Assembly (NCBI GenBank): GCA_965198975.1
Contig: OZ240679.1
Coordinates: 1,052,713 to 1,116,712 of the forward strand
Direction: 5' to 3'
Source: an uncultured Pseudoalteromonas sp.
Lineage (GTDB): Bacteria > Pseudomonadota > Gammaproteobacteria > Enterobacterales > Alteromonadaceae
DNA length: 64,000 nt
The first letter of the stretch is position 1. The number at the start of each line of letters is the position of its first letter. Made by a program: the position numbers and the translations under genes. This document shows positions 45,019 to 52,747 of this stretch, piece after piece. Below the pieces are notes generated by a model. The model was not told where the DNA came from. It saw only the letters and a program-made list of their open reading frames with translations, and did no database searches.

Positions 45019-46194
45019 ATGAAAGTTAATCGTGTTGAGGTTTTCGATATTCACTGCCCGGATCGTCCCGCATGGACACCTGTTTTTGTGAGAATTCATA
45101 CAGATGAAGGTATTTCTGGTGTAGGAGAAGCGGGTCTTGCATATGACTTAGGTCATAGTGCGGCAGCAAGTATGATCAAAGAAATGGCTGATGCATTCTT
45201 AATAGGGCATGACCCTTTTCAAACAGAAAAACTTTGGTCACGTATGTTAAGAGAGAGTTTCTGGGGGTTAGGCGGTGGTCCGGTTGTATATGCTGCAATG
45301 AGTGCGATAGATACTGCATTATGGGATATAAAAGGTAAAGCATTAGGCCTACCTGTTTATCAGCTTTTAGGTGGTAAGGTTAATGACAAATTAAGAACAT
45401 ATGCCTCACAATTACAATTTGACTGGGATGCGGAATTTAAAGCATTAGCAGCGCCTGAGGAATATGCAACAGCTGCGCTTAAAGCAATTGCAGAAGGTTA
45501 TGATGCAGTTAAAGTTGACCCTATTATGTATGATAAGAATGGTAATACTTATTATGAGCGCACTAAAATAATTTCTCGTGCTGAAATGAAACTTTATCGC
45601 GGGCGTATGCAAGCGATCAGAGAAGCCGTTGGCGATGAAGTTGATATTATCTTTGAGTGCCATAGTTTACCAGGCGCGACCACTGCGATTCAGTTAGGTG
45701 AAATAGCAGAAGAGTTTGATTGCATGTTTTACGAAGAGCCTGTGAATTATCTCAATCATTCATTACATGCCAAAGTAGCTGATAAGGTTAATGTGCCTAT
45801 TGCTGGTGGTGAGCGTTTATACCATAGATGGGATGTCAGGCCTTATTTTGAAGATCAAAGTATTGATGTATTACAACCTGATTTAGGGTTATGCGGTGGT
45901 TTTACTGAAACTAAAAAGGTATGTGATTACGCAGATATTTTTGATGTTAGAATACAAGCACATGTCTGTGGCGGACCCGTTGCTACGGCTGCTTCTTTGC
46001 ATTTAGAAACGGCAATACCTAACTTTTTGATCCATGAACATCACACTTATGCAATTAAAAAATGGAACCGGGAATTGTGCATTCAGGATCCTCAACCTAA
46101 AAATGGCTTCTTTGAAGTATCAGAAGATCCGGGTATAGGTATTGAGCTAAATGATGAAGTTGTAATGCGTTCACAAAGAGTTGAAATTAAATAG
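45019..46194 (+). CDS. Enolase-superfamily enzyme (mandelate racemase/muconate lactonising family; acid-sugar dehydratase-like)
   Basis: GVGEAGL.., AMSAIDTALWDIKGKALGLPVYQLLGG, KVDP, IIFECH, FYEEP, GGERL, LQPDLGLCGG. The substrate cannot be assigned from sequence alone. Confidence 0.8.
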   Translation: MKVNRVEVFDIHCPDRPAWTPVFVRIHTDEGISGVGEAGLAYDLGHSAAASMIKEMADAFLIGHDPFQTEKLWSRMLRESFWGLGGGPVVYAAMSAIDTALWDIKGKALGLPVYQLLGGKVNDKLRTYASQLQFDWDAEFKALAAPEEYATAALKAIAEGYDAVKVDPIMYDKNGNTYYERTKIISRAEMKLYRGRMQAIREAVGDEVDIIFECHSLPGATTAIQLGEIAEEFDCMFYEEPVNYLNHSLHAKVADKVNVPIAGGERLYHRWDVRPYFEDQSIDVLQPDLGLCGGFTETKKVCDYADIFDVRIQAHVCGGPVATAASLHLETAIPNFLIHEHHTYAIKKWNRELCIQDPQPKNGFFEVSEDPGIGIELNDEVVMRSQRVEIK

Positions 46195-46211
46195 CGGGGT
46201 TTAATTTCAAC

Positions 46212-47084
46212 TTATAAATTACCATTAAAATAAATACGATTGGCAGTGACAAAGCTGAGTTTATGCCAATCGTCAGGTTTAAGATCGAGTGCTAAATAAT
46301 CGCGCCAGATTGTTTCGTAGCTTTTGCTCAATAGACATAAAGGAAAATTACTTGCGAACATTAACCTGTTACTACCCAGTTTTTCGATAAGTACAGTGAT
46401 AACGTGTTTAACCCAAGTTTGAGAATAATCTCTATTGACCATCTCCCAACCGGAACATTTCATATTTATATTTTTATGCGGTTCAATTAAGTTCACAGCC
46501 TCGAGCCACAGTTGGTCATTTTGTTCTGTAACTAAACCAGCATGATTGATCACTATGGTTAGCTCAGGGAGCGCACTGGCTAATTGTACTAATCTTTGGC
46601 TTGCAGCTAAATTACTTATTTCAAATTGTGCCTCAAAAATAAGATTATGCTTTGCTAGTATCCTCAAGTTATTAGCAATATTGCTAGAAAACAATAAGTT
46701 TATATCTTCTCCTTCAGTAATATGGCGGATCCCTGCTAAATTTTTTTCACTGAGTAGTATTGCTAGCTGTTTTTCAAAGTTAGCGGTTGCAGATGTGATA
46801 TCTATATAGGCGACAGCTCGGTAAATTTTATGTTTTAGTTGTTGCTCTAAGAATTTTAGCTCTAATGCTGGCTGCTGATTATTGAACCCAGCTTCAATAT
46901 GGGAAACCGCCATTAATCTAAAGTCCTTTGCCAAAGTTAAATCTGAATAAGTAAAGTCTTTTTGAATTAAATGCTTATCAGGCCAATGTTGGCCGCCATC
47001 ACTTCTTAACCAGTGATATTCACCTTCATTGAGCGCAAAAAGGTGAAGATGGGGATCTATGATTAAATTAGTTTCAGGTATCAT
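46212..47084 (-). CDS. Amidohydrolase_2-family metal hydrolase (lactonase/decarboxylase-type)
   Basis: N-terminal IIDPHLHLF (HxH). Start set at the ATG at 47084, which avoids overlap with the upstream SDR gene. Confidence 0.65.
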   Translation of the reverse strand: MIPETNLIIDPHLHLFALNEGEYHWLRSDGGQHWPDKHLIQKDFTYSDLTLAKDFRLMAVSHIEAGFNNQQPALELKFLEQQLKHKIYRAVAYIDITSATANFEKQLAILLSEKNLAGIRHITEGEDINLLFSSNIANNLRILAKHNLIFEAQFEISNLAASQRLVQLASALPELTIVINHAGLVTEQNDQLWLEAVNLIEPHKNINMKCSGWEMVNRDYSQTWVKHVITVLIEKLGSNRLMFASNFPLCLLSKSYETIWRDYLALDLKPDDWHKLSFVTANRIYFNGNL

Positions 47085-47097
47085 GGTTATTTTCTTT

Positions 47098-47826
47098 TTA
47101 TTGTGTGGTGTAGCCGCCATCAATTACTTGTAAACTCCCGGTAATAAATTGTGATTCATCACCTGCCAAAAATGCAACTAAGTTCGCAACTTCTTCTGGT
47201 TGTCCTAAACGGCCTAACGGTTGTAGTGCTGCTTCTTCATTATGAATGCTTTGCTTATCTGCACCTGATTTTAGACAGTAATTATTGATAGCATTGTGAT
47301 AAAGCGGGGTTTCTATTGTGCCCGGACACACAGCATTAGCCCGAATATTAAAAGCGGCATAATCAAGTGCAGTGGTTTTTGCAAGTGAAGCGAGTGCCGT
47401 TTTTGAGAGGTTATAAGCAAATGAGTTTCTTTTTGCTACCAAAGCTTGATCTGATGAAATAATAATGATTGAACCTGACATTTGTTTTTTCATACAAGGT
47501 AAGCAACTTTTTATTGCCGCATAAGCACCTTTTACATTTAAATTAAAAACTTTATCAAGATCGTCGGCTGAAGTATCTTCGATGTTGGCTGAAAAGTGGA
47601 TACCAGCATTAGAAACTAATACATCAATTCGACCTGTTAAGTTTATTATCTGATTGATCGCTGTTTCTACATGTGAAACCTGACTCATATCACATTTGAT
47701 AAAATGACCTTGCGTACTTTCATTGATATCCAGATTAAAGACCTGATAATTTTGTTTTATTAATTTATTTATTACAGCAAGTCCAATGCCTGCAGATCCA
47801 CCGGTAACAATCGCAACTTTTTTCAT
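47098..47826 (-). CDS. Short-chain dehydrogenase/reductase (SDR)
   Basis: TGGSAGIG cofactor loop, NAG, and a Y-x3-K catalytic motif (YNLSKTA). Start at the ATG at 47826 (MKKVAIVTGG). Confidence 0.85.
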   Translation of the reverse strand: MKKVAIVTGGSAGIGLAVINKLIKQNYQVFNLDINESTQGHFIKCDMSQVSHVETAINQIINLTGRIDVLVSNAGIHFSANIEDTSADDLDKVFNLNVKGAYAAIKSCLPCMKKQMSGSIIIISSDQALVAKRNSFAYNLSKTALASLAKTTALDYAAFNIRANAVCPGTIETPLYHNAINNYCLKSGADKQSIHNEEAALQPLGRLGQPEEVANLVAFLAGDESQFITGSLQVIDGGYTTQ

Positions 47827-47923
47827 ATTATTTTCTAATAGCAATAAAGAAAGTTTATTTTAACATAAAATCAAAGATACCCAAGCCACCTCAATATACT
47901 GAAACTTGTTTGAGCTGCATAGG

Positions 47924-49399
47924 TTAAGGTTTATTTGCAGTGGTAGAATCTAAATTTAAACTGTGAGTTAAATTATTCAGCAGGCTGCGGCTTACCTTAT
48001 TTTCAGTTACTATTTTTGGCTTATCTATTTTGTCCAGCCAGATAGTGAGCAGTTTACCGGGTTTTAATACACTATTTATATTGAGTTTATTCCAGATAGC
48101 AATTTCCTTAAAAGGAACTTTATAATGCTGACTTATATCCCATAAAGTATCTCCTGGTTTAATCGTATATTTTTTACTGATTTTTTCTTTTTTTACCGCT
48201 TTTTCACGTTGTATATAAGGGCTAATAGGGTAGTCAATCGTTAGTTTAATGGGTTTATATCCAGGTAATTTAAGTACTTGTTTTATTTTTATCAGGCTTG
48301 ATTTCAACTTATTAAGTTGTTTTAATTTATCGATACTCGTATTAAATCTTTTCGATATTTTATATAGAGAATCACCTTTCACAACCTGATAATGTCCGTG
48401 GCTGATTACGCCATTAACGAGCTGATCATGGGCATCAAATAAATAAGCTTTTTCTATTGGCACTAACAATTTATGTGGCCCGTTTGACGAACTTGAGCTA
48501 CCTGAATATCCCGGGTTTAACATATACAAAGTTTTCATACTTGTTTGTGATATTTTTGCCGCCACTAACATATCAAATTGTCGTCCTAAATCAATTTGGA
48601 TAGTTGTAGCGCGATTTTCAAAATCAGGCCAATTGCCAAAATACTTTTTTAATTTAAGATGCGCAGATATGGCTAATAATCTCGGCACATAATCTTTAGT
48701 TTCTTTTGGTAAGGAGAGTGACCAAAAATCTGTTTTTTTGCCTAATTTTCTATTTGCTCTAATTGCATTGACAACTCGGCCTTCGCCACTGTTATATGCT
48801 GCGACAGCTAACAGCCAGTCTTTATTAAACTTTTTATGTAAAAAAGCAAGGTAATCTAATGCCGCAGAGGTTGCTGCGATGATATCATACCGACCATCAT
48901 ACCAAGTATCTCTTTGAATATTATAATGTCTTGCAATATCAGGCATTAATTGCCAAATGCCAGCCGCACCTTTCGACGAGTATGCCTTGGTATCAAAATC
49001 ACTCTCTATGATAGGGAGTAAGGCTAATTCTAGCGGCATATTTCTTTTTTCAATTTCTAAAATGATATGTTGCATAAAAGGTTTCGCACGTCGGGTAATT
49101 TTATACATGTAATCTGGGTGTGTTTTATACCAATTTAATCTTTGCTTTATTGTTTCCTGGTTTTTAGGGATTGGTAACTTAGTTTGCATATTGATACGAG
49201 ACCACATATTCAATACATTATTTCTGGTAATGACAGACTTGGTTTGTTGCGTTTTTCGCGGTGTTTTAGTTGGTTTTTTTGCGGTTTTAGTGTTTGCTTG
49301 ATTAACTTCAGGCACAGGGAGAGTCATTTTTTCAGGAGTAACATTAGTACTATTACAACCTGCTAAAACTATCACTATGAATATCCTGAAAATCCGCAT
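47924..49399 (-). CDS. mltD: Membrane-bound lytic murein transglycosylase D-like lipoprotein (SLT domain + 2 LysM)
   Basis: Lipobox VLAGC. SLT catalytic region LLPIIESDFDTKAYSSKGAAGIWQLMP and AAYNSGEGRV. Two LysM repeats (YQVVKGDSLYKISKRF.., YTIKPGDTLWDISQHY..). Confidence 0.8.
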   Translation of the reverse strand: MRIFRIFIVIVLAGCNSTNVTPEKMTLPVPEVNQANTKTAKKPTKTPRKTQQTKSVITRNNVLNMWSRINMQTKLPIPKNQETIKQRLNWYKTHPDYMYKITRRAKPFMQHIILEIEKRNMPLELALLPIIESDFDTKAYSSKGAAGIWQLMPDIARHYNIQRDTWYDGRYDIIAATSAALDYLAFLHKKFNKDWLLAVAAYNSGEGRVVNAIRANRKLGKKTDFWSLSLPKETKDYVPRLLAISAHLKLKKYFGNWPDFENRATTIQIDLGRQFDMLVAAKISQTSMKTLYMLNPGYSGSSSSSNGPHKLLVPIEKAYLFDAHDQLVNGVISHGHYQVVKGDSLYKISKRFNTSIDKLKQLNKLKSSLIKIKQVLKLPGYKPIKLTIDYPISPYIQREKAVKKEKISKKYTIKPGDTLWDISQHYKVPFKEIAIWNKLNINSVLKPGKLLTIWLDKIDKPKIVTENKVSRSLLNNLTHSLNLDSTTANKP

Positions 49400-49464
49400 T
49401 TGGCAGCACTATTTTGCTTTCATAATGATTTTAGTTTAGCTCATTTTGCCATTTATCGAGCTAT

Positions 49465-49776
49465 TTAATTGAGCAACTCTAAAATTACATATGGAGATTT
49501 TGCAATAATTAAGGGTAAGAAAATAAAAATTATAGCCATCAATAAATAAATTAATGAATGAATATAATGTATTTTTTTTAGCTGAATTAAAGATGTACCA
49601 GCCAGCAGGCCACCAAAAACAACACATACACCCCAAAGCTGTAAACTTAAAGTTTCTATTGAGTGATTAAGTTGGAGTAAACTTGCAAAAACTTTAGCGT
49701 CCGCAATAAGTACGGTGAGTAAAGTTAAACTGATAATTATTAATTTAATGCCAAGGATTCGACTTGTCGCGACCAT
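49465..49776 (-). CDS. Hypothetical small membrane protein (103 aa, ~3 TM)
   Basis: ORF with three hydrophobic helices. No family recognised. Confidence 0.4.
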   Translation of the reverse strand: MVATSRILGIKLIIISLTLLTVLIADAKVFASLLQLNHSIETLSLQLWGVCVVFGGLLAGTSLIQLKKIHYIHSLIYLLMAIIFIFLPLIIAKSPYVILELLN

Positions 49777-49873
49777 ACTCAGGCTCAGTTATTATTATTT
49801 GTTATATTAATAAGCGATTTAGGTAAATATTTCTAGTCTTTTGGGGTGAACGGTATGCATTTCAACTTAACAA

Positions 49874-50161
49874 TTAGGTGTTTATTGTCTCAGTTAACCT
49901 TGTGATCATGTTCAAAATACGTTGTTCATCCTGAGTTGATCCTTGTGTTAATTGCAATAATTCATGACTTAAATTTAATGCTGTCATTAATAAAACCCGT
50001 TCGTTATTACGAATACCACTTTGCTGTTTTACTTCAAGGAACTTTTTATCTAAATATGTGGCTGCAGATTGTAAAGCATCTTCCTGACCTTGGGGACAAG
50101 CAATTTGATGTTGCTGCCCCATTATATTTACCTTAATACCTTCAGGCTTATTTGGACTCAC
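49874..50161 (-). CDS. zapA: Cell division protein ZapA
   Basis: ..VNIMGQQHQIACPQGQEDALQSAATYLDKKF...NERVLLMTALNLSHELL is colinear with E. coli ZapA. GTG start. Confidence 0.8.
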   Translation of the reverse strand: MSPNKPEGIKVNIMGQQHQIACPQGQEDALQSAATYLDKKFLEVKQQSGIRNNERVLLMTALNLSHELLQLTQGSTQDEQRILNMITRLTETINT

Positions 50162-50164
50162 TTA

Positions 50165-50392
50165 TTAGGCCTGTTGAGTATTTTGAAGTTTAGTGAGTAG
50201 CTTTTCTAATGTGCTAGCCGCATTTTTTTGATTTTCTTCGTTATCTAACGCTTCAAGTTGTAACGTTTCATTTTCATCAAGTAATTTTTTACTTTCACTT
50301 TTTAAATCGTTAACTTCTTGTTTTAAGGTGTTATTTTGTTCAATTAATTGAGTTACCAGTTGTTCTAATTTAGGGAGAGTAGTTTCTAACAT
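50165..50392 (-). CDS. Small coiled-coil protein immediately upstream of zapA (TIGR02449-like)
   Basis: 75 aa, entirely heptad-like (LEQLVTQLIEQNNTLKQEVNDLKSE..). Its stop lies 3 nt before the zapA start. Confidence 0.55.
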   Translation of the reverse strand: MLETTLPKLEQLVTQLIEQNNTLKQEVNDLKSESKKLLDENETLQLEALDNEENQKNAASTLEKLLTKLQNTQQA

Positions 50393-50573
50393 AATGCGCT
50401 CTTAAATACAGGGAAAATTGAATCAGCAAATTTAATCTAATTATCGTGTTATTGCTACTTTTTGTTAATGATTTTAATTAATTTTTTTATAAATCAATTT
50501 TATTTTTAGGATTATTGCTATTGACTGGGGCATATGTTTCACTTCGGCTATTAAGACTCATCGAGACTATATA

Positions 50574-51410
50574 ATGCTAAGTTATCGCCATTCATTCCAT
50601 GCAGGAAATCCTGCGGATGTAATTAAACATTTGGTTTTATCAGAAGTGTTAGATTATCTAACGCAGAAAGACAAACCGCTAGAATACATAGATACTCATT
50701 CAGGGGCTGGTATGTATACTCTGGCGTCGAAAGAGTCACAAAAAACCCAAGAATATGAACAAGGTATTGCAAAGCTGTGGAATTACCAGGGGGATAATCA
50801 AATGATCCTGGATTATAAATTATTGATCCAGAGTTTTAACCAAGACAAGCTGGCGTTTTATCCAGGATCGCCTGAAGTGGCCAGAAAAAAACTAAGAGTG
50901 CAGGATAAGTCCTGGTTATTTGAACTTCACCCGCAAGATTGTAAATTATTAGAAAACAATTTTAAGCATTCAAAAAAAGCACAAGTACGATTCGAAGATG
51001 GCTTTAAAGGCTTAATAGGCTTGTTACCGCCCGTTTCAAGACGTGCCTGTATTTTAATTGATCCACCTTATGAAATAAAATCTGATTATGATTTGGTGAT
51101 CAAAACGCTGATAAAAGCTTATAAGCGTTTTTCTTCAGGGACATATATGATTTGGTATCCAGTGGTAGATCGAGATCGGATCAATAAAATGGAGCAAGAT
51201 CTGATCTCATCAGGTATAAAAAACATTTGTTTATTTGAATTAGCAACCTCAGCGGATACACCAGAACATGGTATGACGTCGTCTGGCATGATAGTGATAA
51301 ACCCACCCTGGAAATTAAAATCAGCCATGGAACAGGTTTTACCTGAATTAGTGAGTTTATTGGCGCCGGATAGTGGCTTTTTCAGAGTTGAAGAGCTTGT
51401 TGGTGAATAA
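50574..51410 (+). CDS. rlmJ: 23S rRNA (adenine2030-N6)-methyltransferase RlmJ
   Basis: MLSYRHSFHAGNPADVIKH... and the ILIDPPYE motif are colinear with E. coli RlmJ (YhiR). Confidence 0.85.
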   Translation: MLSYRHSFHAGNPADVIKHLVLSEVLDYLTQKDKPLEYIDTHSGAGMYTLASKESQKTQEYEQGIAKLWNYQGDNQMILDYKLLIQSFNQDKLAFYPGSPEVARKKLRVQDKSWLFELHPQDCKLLENNFKHSKKAQVRFEDGFKGLIGLLPPVSRRACILIDPPYEIKSDYDLVIKTLIKAYKRFSSGTYMIWYPVVDRDRINKMEQDLISSGIKNICLFELATSADTPEHGMTSSGMIVINPPWKLKSAMEQVLPELVSLLAPDSGFFRVEELVGE

Positions 51411-51450
51411 CTTTATATAAATTTTCTTCTAGAAAAACCTTATTGCACTA

Positions 51451-51500
51451 TTGACTATTACGAATAGTTTCGTATATTAACATACGAAACAGTTCGTAAT
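51451..51500 (+). promoter_or_regulatory. Near-consensus promoter overlapped by two copies of the palindrome TACGAA-N4-TTCGTA
   Basis: TTGACT (51451..51456), 16 nt, TATATT (51473..51478). Palindrome 1 is at 51459..51474 (TACGAAtagtTTCGTA) and palindrome 2 at 51483..51498 (TACGAAacagTTCGTA), with centres 24 bp apart. Confidence 0.55.
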
Positions 51501-51530
51501 AGGCTGGTGAGCTTAAATAAGGAGTATGGA

Positions 51531-52292
51531 ATGAAAAACTTTAGTGTCGTAATTGCCGAGAAAAGTAGTATTAGATGTAAAGCAATACAGCAATTACTTA
51601 AATTACAAAATGATTTTGATCCCATCGCTTTGACTTTTAATGCTGATGAAGTCATTGATATATGTAAAAAGGTGCAAGCTGATGTTTTGTTTATACATCA
51701 CGATCTTACCTTAGACGACGAAAGTAATAATATTCTTGAATTGCTACCAATACATACGCAAGTGATTTATATTGCAAATGATAATGTACAAGCGGCATAC
51801 GCTTTTGAATTGGATGTAATAGATTATTTAGTTGCTCCTATTTCCGCAACTCGGTTTCAAAAATGTATTAATAAGTTAGTCAGAACTTTATCCCAAGATC
51901 TTTCTCCTCCATTGATTCAAGTTCAGGCTATGTTACGCCAATTACAAATAACAAATGTACCAAATGAACCTCTTGTGGTGAAAGACTCAGGCCGTATCCG
52001 GGTGATCGATCCTGAAAATATATTATGGGTTGGAGGTGCTGGAAATTATGTGGAGTTACATTTAACCAATGAAGAAAGGCCTATTTTACATCGTGAAACT
52101 TTAAACGTAATGTTATCTAAATTGGCGAATTTGGGGTTTGTCAGGATCCACAGATCAGCTTTAGTTAAAAAACGCAGTATTACGGAGTTAAAACCTACAG
52201 ACAATGGTGACTATTTAGTTACTTTACAAAATGGTGACTTATTAAATTTATCTCGGCGCTATAAAGCGAGCATGGCAGGGATATTAAGTTGA
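51531..52292 (+). CDS. LytTR-family DNA-binding regulator with a degenerate (pseudo-)receiver domain
   Basis: ATG at 51531 with AAGGAG 6 nt upstream. The C-terminal LytTR domain reads RIRVIDPENILWVGGAGNYVELHL...FVRIHRSALVK. Degeneracy of the receiver region is detailed in the findings. Confidence 0.8.
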   Translation: MKNFSVVIAEKSSIRCKAIQQLLKLQNDFDPIALTFNADEVIDICKKVQADVLFIHHDLTLDDESNNILELLPIHTQVIYIANDNVQAAYAFELDVIDYLVAPISATRFQKCINKLVRTLSQDLSPPLIQVQAMLRQLQITNVPNEPLVVKDSGRIRVIDPENILWVGGAGNYVELHLTNEERPILHRETLNVMLSKLANLGFVRIHRSALVKKRSITELKPTDNGDYLVTLQNGDLLNLSRRYKASMAGILS

Positions 52293-52346
52293 TTAAAAAT
52301 GCAAAACATAATAGTGTATTAATTTTATTTCTATATCAGGTGTAAT

Positions 52347-52733
52347 ATGGGTAAGTCAAAGATAGTTCCAACAAGTACTGAATTAAATTTACTTAATATT
52401 CTTTGGCGTATTCAACCCGCTACGGTCAGGCAAGTGCATGAACATTTAAATGAAACGCAAAAATCAGGGTATACAACAATTTTAAAAATGCTACAAATTA
52501 TGCATGAGAAAGGCTTGGTTAAGCGTGATGAATCGAATCGTGCGCATGTGTACTGTACTTCGTATTCTGAAACTCAAACACAAAGTTCAATTGTTGCTGA
52601 TTTAGTATCAAAAGCTTTTGGCGGATCTAAATTTGATCTGGTTGTTCGTGCATTAGGTGAAACCACTAGCAATGACGAAATTAAAGATATTCGCAATTTA
52701 TTAAATTCGCTCGAACTAAATAATAAAAAATAA
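52347..52733 (+). CDS. BlaI/MecI/CopY-family winged-helix repressor
   Basis: ELNLLNILWRIQPATVRQVHEHLNE...GYTTILKMLQIMHEKGLVKRDESNRAHVY is typical of Penicillinase_R. Confidence 0.8.
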   Translation: MGKSKIVPTSTELNLLNILWRIQPATVRQVHEHLNETQKSGYTTILKMLQIMHEKGLVKRDESNRAHVYCTSYSETQTQSSIVADLVSKAFGGSKFDLVVRALGETTSNDEIKDIRNLLNSLELNNKK

Positions 52734-52747
52734 AAGGGTGAAATTAC

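Noticed and set aside
49625-49873. Possible 6S RNA (ssrS) downstream of zapA, as in the E. coli zapA-ssrS arrangement
   Set aside because: Only ~97 nt separate zapA from the next ORF. The usual downstream partner (5-formyl-THF cyclo-ligase) is absent. I could not find the 6S closing-stem and central-bubble consensus. The only hint is a 9-bp long-range complement (49629..49637 with 49840..49848) plus 4 more bp, which is weak. An Infernal scan with RF00013 would settle it.
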